Shown in pieces: positions 43,421 to 53,246 of a DNA stretch of 64,000 nucleotides. Under the pieces are notes generated by a model. The model ran no database searches, was not told the DNA's origin, and saw nothing but the letters and a program-made list of their open reading frames with translations. Source of the DNA: Bdellovibrionales bacterium (GTDB taxonomy: Bacteria; Bdellovibrionota; Bdellovibrionia; Bdellovibrionales; UBA1609); contig JBFWQY010000003.1 in NCBI GenBank assembly GCA_050249195.1, positions 64,023-128,022 of the forward strand. Reading direction: 5' to 3'. The position numbers and the translations under genes are program-made. The first letter of the stretch is position 1, and each line of letters begins with the position of its first letter.

Positions 43421-44248
43421 TTACTTTGAATTTGGTTTTGAGACCACAACGGAATGGCGAAAAACAAGTGAGGCCATCACAGCTGCGAAGAACCCGACCG
43501 TGAGTACGGTCACGATTCCCGCTCCTGCCGGCAGGTCATAGAGGTAACTGAGACCAAACGCTCCCAGGACCCCCACTAGTCCAACGGACCAAGCGACGAG
43601 TAAGCGCACGGTTAGGGTTTGAAAGAACCGAGTCGCGAGTGCGGCGGGCGCCACGAGGATTGTGAACACGACGAGGACACCGGCGTGATGGGTAGAAAAT
43701 GTGATGACCACCCCGAACAGGACGTAGAAAAAGAAATCCCAAACAAAGGAAGAGGATTCCCCGCGTGAAGAGGCCCAGAACTGCCTTCGGAAAATCCAGT
43801 GAAGCGCACCCACTGTGGCATAGACGATGAGAGTTTCCAAAACCTGGTCCCAGGTTACAAACAGAATATTTCCAATAAGGGCATGCTTCAGGTGTTCGGT
43901 TCCGTGAGGCAGTTTGTCGGCGACCAAAATGAGTAGCCCGCTCGCCAGAGCGTAGCTCATCCCAATCAAAACCTCCTGTGAAAGCGTCTTTTCAAACCGG
44001 CGCAATAAAGCCAGAAACAAAGCTGTGAACAAACAGAGTCCGAGCGAGAACAGGAGGGCAAGCTTACCTTCGCCTTCCGGCACGAAAAACATGCTGAGGG
44101 CCGCGCCCAACGCCGCCACCTGCGACAAGCCAATATCGACGAACACGACGTCTCTTGCGAGCACATGCAAGCCCAAATAGGCATGAATCGCGACCAGAAG
44201 AAGAGCCAGCGCGGCCGGAGCCGCCAGAAAAAGAATCACCGGCATCAC
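43421..44248 (-). CDS. Metal ABC transporter permease (ABC-3 / ZnuB-MntB-like)
   Basis: 275 aa with 8-9 hydrophobic helices. Sequence pattern typical of ABC-3 permeases. 4-nt overlap with the upstream binding-protein gene. Confidence 0.82.
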   Translation of the reverse strand: MMPVILFLAAPAALALLLVAIHAYLGLHVLARDVVFVDIGLSQVAALGAALSMFFVPEGEGKLALLFSLGLCLFTALFLALLRRFEKTLSQEVLIGMSYALASGLLILVADKLPHGTEHLKHALIGNILFVTWDQVLETLIVYATVGALHWIFRRQFWASSRGESSSFVWDFFFYVLFGVVITFSTHHAGVLVVFTILVAPAALATRFFQTLTVRLLVAWSVGLVGVLGAFGLSYLYDLPAGAGIVTVLTVGFFAAVMASLVFRHSVVVSKPNSK

Positions 44249-45177
44249 TTGGAGGCCTCCTCGAACGTGCGTACAAGGCGCTCAATCAGTTCCTCATTGG
44301 TGGTGACGCCGTCTTCACCACCCACATACACGGGAACCTTGAGGACTTTGACGCCCGACGCGGCCTGCTGGAACTTGCCACGCACGGAGTCATCAAAAAA
44401 ATTCTCTATCAGAATCAGCTTCACGTTTCGGGCTTTCATCGATTCGATGAGATCGAGAACGTGACTGGGGGATGGCGGAATGCCGGGTTTGGGTTCCAAA
44501 TGAAGCGTGTTCTTTAGTCCAAATCTGTCGGCGAAATAGGAAAAGGTCTTGTGGTAGGAAACGAACTCCTTGATTCCGGTCTTACGGATCCGAGCCGTCC
44601 AGTCCTTGGTTTTTTCCTCAAGACGCTTCTGGAGGTTCCGGGCCCGCACGCGAAATGGCTCTTTTTTCTTTGGGGCCAGATCGCCCATGCGAACGGCCAC
44701 GATCACCGCGGCCTGTCCGAGCCGAACAGGATCCAGATGGAAGTGCGGATTTCCGTCTGGATGAATATCGCCTTCTGCGCGGGAAACGGGGCCGCTTTTC
44801 ACTTCGATCGGCTTCAGCAGAGGTCCGAGCTCCAAAAAGCCTGGGGTTCCTCTGGCAATGCGTGGATTTCGCGAGCCCTCGGTCATCGGGTCCAGCCAGG
44901 CGCTTTCTAAGTCGAGTCCATGGGACACGATCAGGTCGGCCCCCCGGAACTTCACCATAAAGGACGGTTTGGCTTCGATCTGGTGCGGATCCTGAGTTCC
45001 GCGGACAACGGAAAACGTGCTCACATCCTCACCACCCACAGCCTTCACCAGCGCTTCCAAATCCGGAGTGGTCGTGCCCACCATCAGCTGGGCCTGGGCA
45101 CGGCCTGATGTCAGCCCCATTCCCATTCCAAAAACAAAGAAGATAAAAAAGAAGATAAAAGTGAGAACCCGTCCCAT
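44245..45177 (-). CDS. Metal ABC transporter substrate-binding protein (ZnuA/TroA-like)
   Basis: Signal peptide, then DPHQIEAKPS, HPDGNPHFHLDP and SYHKTFSYFADRFGL motifs of cluster A-I metal-binding proteins. Confidence 0.88.
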   Translation of the reverse strand: MGRVLTFIFFFIFFVFGMGMGLTSGRAQAQLMVGTTTPDLEALVKAVGGEDVSTFSVVRGTQDPHQIEAKPSFMVKFRGADLIVSHGLDLESAWLDPMTEGSRNPRIARGTPGFLELGPLLKPIEVKSGPVSRAEGDIHPDGNPHFHLDPVRLGQAAVIVAVRMGDLAPKKKEPFRVRARNLQKRLEEKTKDWTARIRKTGIKEFVSYHKTFSYFADRFGLKNTLHLEPKPGIPPSPSHVLDLIESMKARNVKLILIENFFDDSVRGKFQQAASGVKVLKVPVYVGGEDGVTTNEELIERLVRTFEEASK

Positions 45178-45201
45178 GACAAACTCCTTGCGAGAATGAC
45201 G

Positions 45202-46401
45202 TCAATACGTGTGCGGAGGATGAGAGCCAATGACGAAGCCCGCCTGAAGATAGATCTTGTTTTCAACAGTCTCGCCATGCGCGGAGGCTGGCCCTTCCGC
45301 CTGGTTGTATTCGATTCGGAACATCGAGAACTCGGAGGGTTTGAACGTGACTCCCGCTGAATACTTCCGCGTGGTTCCATTTTCTAAACCGTTCGGATTG
45401 AGCACCTCATCAGCGGAAGAGCCGTCGACTCTCAGATAGTCATAGCGAACCGCAGCGGACCAGCGCTCGGCGAATTGATAAGAACCCCACACATTCCAAC
45501 CGTCCCCGGTCTCCTCAGCCGTTCCTGGCTGTTCCAATTCTCTCCGCAGATACTCCCCCGCCAGGATCCACGAGCGGTATTTACCCCCGATTACAGGTCT
45601 CCACTTGAAGGTGAGATCCGAACCGTAGAGAGCGGTGTGACCGCCAAGGGCATTTTTGCCGTGGGCAAAAGAGGCCCCCACTTCCATGGTTAAGGCATCC
45701 GACAAATCCCACAAGTTTTTCCAGTGGCCAACACCGACGCCATCACTTGGCGATGGCGAATTGAACTCGGCGTTTTCGCCTTCACCGCGTAGATATTGGC
45801 CGATCAATTCGCTGTACCAGTTAACCGGCAACAGAACCGCTGCCGAACCCCCGACATCATTTAAGCCCTCGTCTCCGAGAAGCACGGCGTGCGCCACGGG
45901 TGGGTCCACAAGCGGAAACGTATCCGTATGGAGCTGATTGTGTTTCCCAAAAGCGGCTTTGAACTTGCCCAGTCGAAGCGCCGTGTAAGGCAGTGCCAAC
46001 GATTCGGCGTAGAGTTCCTCGGGCTCAATGAGCCAAGATTGTTCGGTTTGGCGAGTGGATTCATCATGCTCGTATTCGGGATGAATGGAGAGCAGGAGAT
46101 TCAGCTTGCTGTAAGGATCGACTTCGGAGGAGAAAGAGATCTCGGCTTCTTGAATGTGCAGTCCGTTCCTCTCCGTCTCTGTATCGGCGGCCGTGAAATC
46201 TTCTTTCGCAAAATTGGATTGACGGTACAGAAAGAGGGCGCTCGCGCCCACCTTGAGCGAGGAGGGCCAATTCGGCGTTTGAGATAGACCTGACGGCTGA
46301 GATTGAGCCTGATTCTGACTTTGGGTCTGGGCGTTTAGGCTCAGACTCCAGCTGAAGAGGGCGGCGCAGGGGAACGCAATCGCAACGGCCCAAATACGCA
46401 T
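45202..46401 (-). CDS. Putative porin-like outer-membrane beta-barrel protein
   Basis: Signal peptide and a Gln/Ser-rich linker, then an alternating beta-strand pattern along the whole length. Aromatic C-terminus (..HTY). Lies 24 nt upstream of the ZnuA-like gene. Confidence 0.62.
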   Translation of the reverse strand: MRIWAVAIAFPCAALFSWSLSLNAQTQSQNQAQSQPSGLSQTPNWPSSLKVGASALFLYRQSNFAKEDFTAADTETERNGLHIQEAEISFSSEVDPYSKLNLLLSIHPEYEHDESTRQTEQSWLIEPEELYAESLALPYTALRLGKFKAAFGKHNQLHTDTFPLVDPPVAHAVLLGDEGLNDVGGSAAVLLPVNWYSELIGQYLRGEGENAEFNSPSPSDGVGVGHWKNLWDLSDALTMEVGASFAHGKNALGGHTALYGSDLTFKWRPVIGGKYRSWILAGEYLRRELEQPGTAEETGDGWNVWGSYQFAERWSAAVRYDYLRVDGSSADEVLNPNGLENGTTRKYSAGVTFKPSEFSMFRIEYNQAEGPASAHGETVENKIYLQAGFVIGSHPPHTY

Positions 46402-46540
46402 ATCTAAACTCCATGACGACTAATATATCTGGGGCCACCATACCGAGGTCGCCGGAACCTGTCATTTGCCCATAACGACGCTTCTTGACAGTGTCCGCAA
46501 CGACGGCCTACATCAAGGCCGGATCATTTAGGGGGCTCAA

Positions 46541-47005
46541 GTGAGGCATAATTCCTTTCACGCCCGGCACCTTGTCATAATGATTAGAATTTTGATGATG
46601 GTGACTGCGGGATTCGGCATGGGACCTTGGGCTCAAGCTCGCGCCTTACGGGCGGTGCGTCTTGGGGTGCTTCCTTCCCCGCCCGAGTACCGGGTGGCTG
46701 TGGATCCGGCCCGTATGGACATTCCTTGTGATCAAATCGTGGATCGACTGATGGCCTATAACCAAATGGCACGCGAGCATGATCTCAGTGTGAAGTCGTT
46801 CCTTGCTGAAGTGTCACAGAAAGTGGGTGAGTGGCACGCGGTGCTGAAACCTCTGGAGAACTCAGCTAAGCGCATTCCTAAAGGAACCTTTGAACCTTTG
46901 GCAAAGGGCGTTGAGCAGATAGATCTCATCACGAATTTGGCATGGGACAATACGGGTCTGCTTGCGATTGAGCTAGACAATATCATTCTGGCGATGCGGG
47001 CCTGA
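46541..47005 (+). CDS. Hypothetical exported protein
   Basis: GTG start after TAGGGGG. Hydrophobic N-terminus ILMMVTAGFGMGPWAQA. No motif recognised. Confidence 0.55.
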   Translation: MRHNSFHARHLVIMIRILMMVTAGFGMGPWAQARALRAVRLGVLPSPPEYRVAVDPARMDIPCDQIVDRLMAYNQMAREHDLSVKSFLAEVSQKVGEWHAVLKPLENSAKRIPKGTFEPLAKGVEQIDLITNLAWDNTGLLAIELDNIILAMRA

Positions 47006-47137
47006 TGCCGGAAGGCCAACCTTAAAGCTCAAGCCTGTCTGTGCCACGGGAGATTGCCTCGGAGAGTGTCTTAGAGCTTGCTGAGAGGGACCTGGGCTTC
47101 TACAATGAGCCCTCTCGTCCATAGGGAGAATTGAGTT

Positions 47138-47566
47138 ATGGCAGCTGCATCGACCACTGAAGTCTTCCCGTGCTCACCAGAGCAGCTTTTCGCTCTGGTT
47201 TCGGATTACGAAAAGTATCCTGAGTTTCTAAGCGAAGTGAAACAGTGCAAGGTCTTAGATACCCGGAACAACAAGAAGCTGGTCGAATTCCATGTCTCTG
47301 TGATCAAAACCTTCAGTTACCGTTTGTGGATAACTGAGGAGCCCCCGGGAAAAATCCATTGGGCTTTGGAATCAGGTGACCTGTTTAAAACCTCCACAGG
47401 ATCCTGGGAGTTAAGCGACGTGGGAGGAAAGACACAAGCCAAGTACACCGTGGATGCCAGCTTTAAGGTATTTGTTCCAGGCCCAGTGGCTAAGGCTCTG
47501 GTGAATGTGAATCTTCCCAATATGATGAGGGCCTATCATCAACGGGTGAAGAGCAAGTACGGCTAG
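47138..47566 (+). CDS. SRPBCC/START-fold protein (polyketide cyclase-dehydrase / RatA-COQ10-like)
   Basis: 142 aa. SDYEKYPEFLSEVKQCKVL...F.V pattern typical of the family. ATG follows GGGAGA. Confidence 0.72.
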   Translation: MAAASTTEVFPCSPEQLFALVSDYEKYPEFLSEVKQCKVLDTRNNKKLVEFHVSVIKTFSYRLWITEEPPGKIHWALESGDLFKTSTGSWELSDVGGKTQAKYTVDASFKVFVPGPVAKALVNVNLPNMMRAYHQRVKSKYG

Positions 47567-47608
47567 ATAGTTAGACAGAATATTAAGATACGGATAAAAT
47601 ATAGTATA

Positions 47609-48025
47609 ATGGATAATAAAAAAGACCCGCGCGATCGAGACGATCAGAGCGATGCGTTTGAAGATATGGATGCGACAGGAGAGGCTCCCCCCAAATGGAG
47701 CGATATGATCCGTAAGGTGATGAGCGTTGGGCTGGGGGCTGCTTTTATGACCGAGGAGTCCGTGCGCAGCGCTCTCGGAGGGCTCAACCTTCCAAAGGAT
47801 GTGCTTGCCAGCATTCTCCAGGGCGCAAATCGATCCAAGGAAGAGTTTTTGAACCGCATCGGCAATGAGACGATTCGCCTGATCTCGAAGATCGACTTTG
47901 TCAAAGAGGCCTCACGTTTTGTCGAGGAGCATAAATTCCGCATTCAGGCCGAGATCGAGGTGGTCAAAAAGGAACCTCATGATTCTGCATTGAGTCTTAA
48001 GTCCAAGGTGAAAATTCGTGATTAA
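47609..48025 (+). CDS. Hypothetical 138-aa protein
   Basis: ORF with protein-like composition. Acidic N-terminus and helical remainder. No motif recognised. Confidence 0.5.
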   Translation: MDNKKDPRDRDDQSDAFEDMDATGEAPPKWSDMIRKVMSVGLGAAFMTEESVRSALGGLNLPKDVLASILQGANRSKEEFLNRIGNETIRLISKIDFVKEASRFVEEHKFRIQAEIEVVKKEPHDSALSLKSKVKIRD

Positions 48026-48774
48026 CGTGTCCGCGAAGAGTTGACCACCGGTGCAGCCTCGCGACCCTGGTTCATTTCGTTCAAGCGGCGGTCGGCAATT
48101 GCGCCCACTTCTTCCCGGCTCAAGGGGGATGCGGCTTCGCTTTCCGCTCCATTCGTGTAGTTGCGGGAGGAAATGTATTCCTCGGGACGTATGGGATTGG
48201 ATACGGAGCGGTTCATATATCCTTCGAGGTAAGACAAGATATTTTCCTTCTGCTCCGGAAGGGCGCGGATCGCATCGCGTGCATAGCGTAAGAACTTCCA
48301 CAATCCGGAGTCGGCAGACGCATCTACTTTAGAGACCTCCACCTTTGCCATATCGGTCAGGGCGCCCTCTAAAAAGGCCCGTAAATCCCCGCCACCGAAA
48401 TTCTTACTGATCTGATGAATGAGACGATTCACGACCTCGAGACGCAATAGATGCTCGCGCTTGGCGGCCTGTAGGCTCTGTACCTCTTTATCGAGGGGGA
48501 TTGACTTGCCTGACGCATCTCGGGTCTCAACATCCATTTTTTTACTGAGGGCGGCATCAATCGTTCGTAACTGCCTCACGTTTTCATTTCGAAGCTCTTG
48601 CAAATGGTTGAGTGCATCGGATTTCACCTGGTAGGCTGGCTTCTCGGCGGCAAGAGCCACGGGAGCCGCAAGGACGAGGCTAAAAATAAACGCGAGAATA
48701 GACGCGAGAAAGAGGAGCAGGATTTTCGATTTATCTGCTGATGGCTTGCGAAAGCCCATAGGTTCCTCCTCCAC
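48022..48774 (-). CDS. Membrane-anchored hypothetical protein
   Basis: N-terminal anchor ILLLFLASILAFIFSLVLAAPVALA followed by a helical domain. Convergent 4-nt overlap with the previous gene. Confidence 0.6.
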   Translation of the reverse strand: MEEEPMGFRKPSADKSKILLLFLASILAFIFSLVLAAPVALAAEKPAYQVKSDALNHLQELRNENVRQLRTIDAALSKKMDVETRDASGKSIPLDKEVQSLQAAKREHLLRLEVVNRLIHQISKNFGGGDLRAFLEGALTDMAKVEVSKVDASADSGLWKFLRYARDAIRALPEQKENILSYLEGYMNRSVSNPIRPEEYISSRNYTNGAESEAASPLSREEVGAIADRRLNEMNQGREAAPVVNSSRTR

Positions 48775-48946
48775 CCCTTTAGGAGAAGCAATTCTAGGGC
48801 CAGGAAAGGCAAACCGAGAGTCCAGTTTTTTCAGGTATTTGGATTAAGCCGACGTCCGAATATGAGACAGAAAATGTCGAGGTTTTTGACACCATATGCT
48901 GCGCCGCCAAATTACACCGTACACAACGCGTATTAAATCACATTTT

Positions 48947-49912
48947 ATGTCCCGTTCCGATTTGGCGGCTGAACATAAAGTCTTAAAATTCCTCAGGTCT
49001 GGAGTGCACCTGCCAAAATCGTTGCTGCTGGCGGTTTCGGGGGGAATAGACTCCATGGCAATGGTGGAAATTTTATCGCGCTGGCAACGGCATCTAAAGA
49101 TCGACTTGGCCCTGGCCCACGTGCATCATGGCCTCACGGATGATACGGGACAATCTCGGTTTCGGACACAAGCCCTGGCCCATGTGCGCGAGTTGGCCTG
49201 CAGGCGGGGCCTGGCCTTCTATTCAAACCCCGCGGTTAGGTCGGACCTCCGCTCGGAGGAGGAGCTGCGGGATTTCCGGCGGGAATGGCTGTGCCGTTGG
49301 CAGCGGGAATCGGGCGCGGATGCCATCGGTCTTGCCCACCATCGCAATGATCTTTTGGAGACGAGGGTATTCCGCCTGATTCGGGGAACAGGACCTGAGG
49401 GACTAAGAGCCATGTCTCTTTTTCGAGATGGGATGTTTCGACCTTTGCTTTGTTTGTCTCGGGGTGAGATTGAGGCCTACGCGCGTACACGCCGCCTGAA
49501 TTGGCTGGATGATCCGTCCAATATCAAAGTCGATGCCTTTCGGAACTGGATCCGGAAGCAATGGCTTCCTCAATTGGAACAAAGACAGGCCGGCGCGGTG
49601 GAAGCCTTGGCTCGTTCTCTCGAAGTCGTAGCTGCGGCTGGCTCCTGTGAAGCAAAGGAGTTTGAGTCGGAGTCGCCGATTGAGAGCCCAGATGTTGGGT
49701 TGCGGCGCAAACCGATACAGAGGCTTCCTCAACTCCAGCGCGAAGCTCACGTCGCCCGCTACTTTAAGGCTTTACGCCTAAAGGGATATTCTCAGGCGCA
49801 TGTTCGGGAACTTCTTAAGCGACTTGACACCGACCGCAAAAACTTTGAGTTCGAGATGCTCGGTTTGAGATTTATAGTGACGCCGGACCTTGTGTCAGTG
49901 AGTCGAGTTTGA
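48947..49912 (+). CDS. tilS: tRNA(Ile)-lysidine synthetase
   Basis: PP-loop SGGIDSMA and HHRNDLLET. The position directly upstream of ftsH is conserved in many bacteria. The start is taken at the ATG at 48947. Confidence 0.88.
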   Translation: MSRSDLAAEHKVLKFLRSGVHLPKSLLLAVSGGIDSMAMVEILSRWQRHLKIDLALAHVHHGLTDDTGQSRFRTQALAHVRELACRRGLAFYSNPAVRSDLRSEEELRDFRREWLCRWQRESGADAIGLAHHRNDLLETRVFRLIRGTGPEGLRAMSLFRDGMFRPLLCLSRGEIEAYARTRRLNWLDDPSNIKVDAFRNWIRKQWLPQLEQRQAGAVEALARSLEVVAAAGSCEAKEFESESPIESPDVGLRRKPIQRLPQLQREAHVARYFKALRLKGYSQAHVRELLKRLDTDRKNFEFEMLGLRFIVTPDLVSVSRV

Positions 49913-49967
49913 GCTCAAGCCTACGACGTGCTATTCTAATCATGACTCTAGACGTAAAGGACGCCGG

Positions 49968-51944
49968 ATGCGCTCTCCTACTAAGACAATGACCCTTTGG
50001 GCTCTCCTGATTGTGCTCGCGGTACTGTTCTTCCAAATGTACGAGCGGCAGGCCAGCCAAGTTGTTCGTGACTTTAACTACCCAAAGTTCTTGCAGGCTG
50101 TGGAGCAGGATCAGGTGGTCAAAGACACCATCGTGTTTCACCGCGAATCCGGGGAGATCGAAGGTCAGCTGAACGAGGCCGGTCAGAAGACCTTCGGTGG
50201 CAAGCATTTCAAGATTGTCGGTAACACCACGGATAAGGGCTTTGAGATCGTGCGTGAAAAGGGAATCACTCCCGCTTATGCCGGCTCGGATAGCTCTTTC
50301 CTTGCGAGCGTGCTTCTGAATTGGCTTCCTCTAATTATTATTATCGCCATGTTTATGTTCTTTATGCGCCAAATTCAGGTCGGTGGCGGTAAGGCGATGG
50401 CGTTTGGGAAAAGCCGGGCGCGCCTTCTGACCGAAAACAAAAATCGAGTCACCTTCAAGGATGTGGCTGGGGTCGAGGAGGCCAAGCAGGAGCTGCGTGA
50501 GATTGTGGATTTCCTAAAAGATCCGAAAAAGTTCACCAAGCTGGGCGGTCGTATTCCGAAGGGCGTTTTGCTCGTGGGCCACCCGGGAACAGGAAAAACG
50601 TTGTTGGCGCGGGCGGTGGCGGGCGAAGCCAATGTGCCGTTCTTCACCATTTCCGGTTCGGATTTTGTGGAGATGTTCGTAGGCGTCGGCGCCAGCCGCG
50701 TGCGGGATCTTTTTGAACAAGGGAAAAAGAACGCCCCATGTTTGATTTTTATTGATGAGATTGATGCCGTCGGCCGCCACCGTGGCGCCGGTATGGGGGG
50801 AGGGCACGACGAGCGCGAGCAGACCCTCAACCAATTGCTTGTGGAAATGGACGGATTTGAGAGCAATGATGGCGTGATTCTGATTGCCGCTACAAATCGT
50901 CCCGATGTGCTCGATCCTGCGTTGTTGCGGCCCGGCCGCTTTGACCGGCGCGTAGTGGTGAACAAGCCCGACCTCAAGGGTCGCGAAGAGATTCTGCGGG
51001 TGCACACCCGTCGCACGCCGCTGGCCAATGATGTGGATTTGGAAAAGATCGCACGTGGCACGCCGGGGTTTTCTGGAGCGGACTTGGAGAATCTGGTAAA
51101 TGAGGCCGCCCTTCAAGCCGCTCGTGATAACAAGGCGCGCTTGGAGATGGAGGACTTCGAAAAGGCGAAGGACAAGGTGATCATGGGTTCGGAGCGCAAG
51201 TCCATGGTCATCAGTGAGAAGGATAAACGGATCACGGCTTATCACGAGGCGGGCCACGCCATTGTGGGGCGTTCGCTTCCCGGCTTGGATCCCATTCACA
51301 AAGTGACGATTATTCCGCGCGGAATGGCGCTGGGGCTCACGCAGACCTTGCCCGAAGAGGATCAATTGAATCTCTCCAAAAGCAAGGCGACGAATATGAT
51401 CGCGTTTCTTTTCGGAGGGCGAGCGGCGGAGGAGCTGGTATTTGAGGATTACACGACGGGTGCGGGAAATGACATTGAGCGCGCCACGGAGCTGGCCCGG
51501 CGTATGGTGTGCGAGTGGGGGATGAGCGATAAGCTCGGTCCGCTCGCCTATGAAAAGCGAGAGGGGCCGGTTTTTCTGGGCATGCAGCAGACTCAAAATC
51601 GTGAATATTCCGATTCAAAAGCTCAGGAGATTGATGCCGAGGTTTTCGAACTGGTGAAGAGCGGCCATGACAGCGCCGTTCACATCCTGCGTGAGAACCT
51701 TCAGGCCTTACACAATATGGCCGGGGCCTTACTTGAATACGAGACCATCGATTCCGATGAGGTGAATCTGTTGGTCAATGGTGGCTCTCTTGAAGAACTT
51801 AAGAAATTGCGGGAAACCAAGAAGGAACAGCTGGAACGGGATCGCAAACAGGTTCAGGAGAGTGAACGGGTGGAAAAAGAGGTCCGCAAAAAAGCCCCCG
51901 GCGGGAGTGATCCGGTCGGGCAACCCGGCCCTGTGACCGCCTAA
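49968..51944 (+). CDS. ftsH: ATP-dependent zinc metalloprotease FtsH
   Basis: Two N-terminal TM helices, Walker [14 protein letters not shown], the SRH region and the zinc site HEAGHA. Confidence 0.97.
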   Translation: MRSPTKTMTLWALLIVLAVLFFQMYERQASQVVRDFNYPKFLQAVEQDQVVKDTIVFHRESGEIEGQLNEAGQKTFGGKHFKIVGNTTDKGFEIVREKGITPAYAGSDSSFLASVLLNWLPLIIIIAMFMFFMRQIQVGGGKAMAFGKSRARLLTENKNRVTFKDVAGVEEAKQELREIVDFLKDPKKFTKLGGRIPKGVLLVGHPGTGKTLLARAVAGEANVPFFTISGSDFVEMFVGVGASRVRDLFEQGKKNAPCLIFIDEIDAVGRHRGAGMGGGHDEREQTLNQLLVEMDGFESNDGVILIAATNRPDVLDPALLRPGRFDRRVVVNKPDLKGREEILRVHTRRTPLANDVDLEKIARGTPGFSGADLENLVNEAALQAARDNKARLEMEDFEKAKDKVIMGSERKSMVISEKDKRITAYHEAGHAIVGRSLPGLDPIHKVTIIPRGMALGLTQTLPEEDQLNLSKSKATNMIAFLFGGRAAEELVFEDYTTGAGNDIERATELARRMVCEWGMSDKLGPLAYEKREGPVFLGMQQTQNREYSDSKAQEIDAEVFELVKSGHDSAVHILRENLQALHNMAGALLEYETIDSDEVNLLVNGGSLEELKKLRETKKEQLERDRKQVQESERVEKEVRKKAPGGSDPVGQPGPVTA

Positions 51945-52041
51945 AACCTGTACCTGTAGCTTTAAGGCGCCTGTGTGAGTCACAGGCTTTAGAATCCCCA
52001 ACTTCAACGGCTCCGACGGGAAGCCGCGATAGGAAGCCGCT

Positions 52042-52845
52042 ATGTTGACTGGCCTCTGGAACAATTGGGGAGCTTTGTTCGCGCAGCTGCGCGTGCAGGA
52101 CTTCGTTGATCTGTTCCTGGTGTGGGTTGTTGTCTATCGTGTTCTACTTCTCATCAAAAAATCCGGCGCCGTGCAGATTCTCTCGGGTCTGGGAATCTTA
52201 GCCATTGCATATATGCTTTCGATTTACTTGGAACTCATTACGTTCAACTATATTCTTGAAAAATTCTTTTCTAACCTTTTTCTCATTGTGGTGATCTTGT
52301 TTCAGGGTGAAATCCGGCGGGCTTTGGCGCAGATTGGAAGCAGCCCTTTTCTTTCGGGCCAAAGACGGGTTGAGGAAACTCATATGATCGAAGAGCTGGC
52401 CAAAGGGGTTACGGCCTGCGCGCAACGGGGTTTTGGCGCTCTCATTGTGCTGGAGAGGGAAATCACGCTGGACTATTTCATTGAAGAGGGACGACCAGTC
52501 AATGCGGATGTCACGAGCGAGTTGATCCTTTCCATTTTTCATCCATCGAGTCCGCTGCATGATGGGGCGGTCTTGATCCGCGGAGGACGCTTGATCTCGG
52601 CCGGCTGCTTTCTCCCTCTGAGTAAGAACTCCGCTCTGGATAAAAACCTCGGCACGCGCCATCGTGCCGCGATCGGCTTGACCGAAGAAACCGATGCTTA
52701 TGTGTTTGTCGTGAGTGAAGAGAACCGTTCGGTGGGCATGGCTCACTCCGGAATCTTGGAAATGGGAGTGGACTATCACACTGTGCGCAAAACTCTTTAT
52801 GAGCTCTATGGACTTTCGAAAAGCTTTGAGAGGCTTCACGCATGA
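52042..52845 (+). CDS. cdaA: Diadenylate cyclase CdaA (membrane-bound DAC domain)
   Basis: Three N-terminal TM helices, then DGAVLIRGGRLISAG and GTRHRAAIGLTEETDA, the DisA_N motifs. Confidence 0.92.
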   Translation: MLTGLWNNWGALFAQLRVQDFVDLFLVWVVVYRVLLLIKKSGAVQILSGLGILAIAYMLSIYLELITFNYILEKFFSNLFLIVVILFQGEIRRALAQIGSSPFLSGQRRVEETHMIEELAKGVTACAQRGFGALIVLEREITLDYFIEEGRPVNADVTSELILSIFHPSSPLHDGAVLIRGGRLISAGCFLPLSKNSALDKNLGTRHRAAIGLTEETDAYVFVVSEENRSVGMAHSGILEMGVDYHTVRKTLYELYGLSKSFERLHA

Positions 52846-53246
52846 AGTCTCGGATTTCACCGTGGGGTGAGAATCTCACTTACAAATTTGTCGCCCTCGG
52901 CGTGGCGGTTGTGCTGTGGCTGTCCATGCTCGGCCGCCGCGACTCCACAGTGGTGAAGGATTTCGAACTCCAAGTCCTGCTGTCGCCCCAGCTGGAAATG
53001 GTGACTCCCATTCCTGAACTTGTGCGTGTGGAGGTCGCCGGCCCGCGCGTGGCGCTAAAAAAGATCAATCAGATGAGCCCGGTTTTCACTGTCGACCTTA
53101 CGGGGGCGCAGCCGGGGCGTCAGGTGATCCACCTGAGTCCGGAGGGGCTGAATCTTCCCATCGGCGCTCGAGTTCTGGACATTCAACCGCAAGAGTTTAT
53201 GGCTGTACTGCGCCGGGTGAGTTCCACAGGAGAAGAAGAGAGATGA
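52842..53246 (+). CDS. Short CdaR-like regulator (single YbbR-like domain)
   Basis: ATGA overlap with cdaA. TM anchor plus one YbbR-like beta-rich module. Conserved position between cdaA and glmM. Confidence 0.68.
   Translation: MKSRISPWGENLTYKFVALGVAVVLWLSMLGRRDSTVVKDFELQVLLSPQLEMVTPIPELVRVEVAGPRVALKKINQMSPVFTVDLTGAQPGRQVIHLSPEGLNLPIGARVLDIQPQEFMAVLRRVSSTGEEER

Noticed and set aside
46485-46514. Sigma-70-like promoter (TTGACA, 18-nt spacer, TACATC) upstream of the 46541 gene, and a Zur box search in the divergent region
   Set aside because: The -10 element is poor, and I could not find a palindrome resembling known Zur/Fur boxes. This is not supportable without TSS data.
50375-51596. Long antisense ORFs (228 aa and 360 aa) opposite ftsH
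   Set aside because: They lie entirely inside a gene with unmistakable FtsH motifs on the + strand. Their translations are Arg/Ser/Pro-rich and low in complexity. Long antisense ORFs are a common artefact opposite conserved GC-rich genes.
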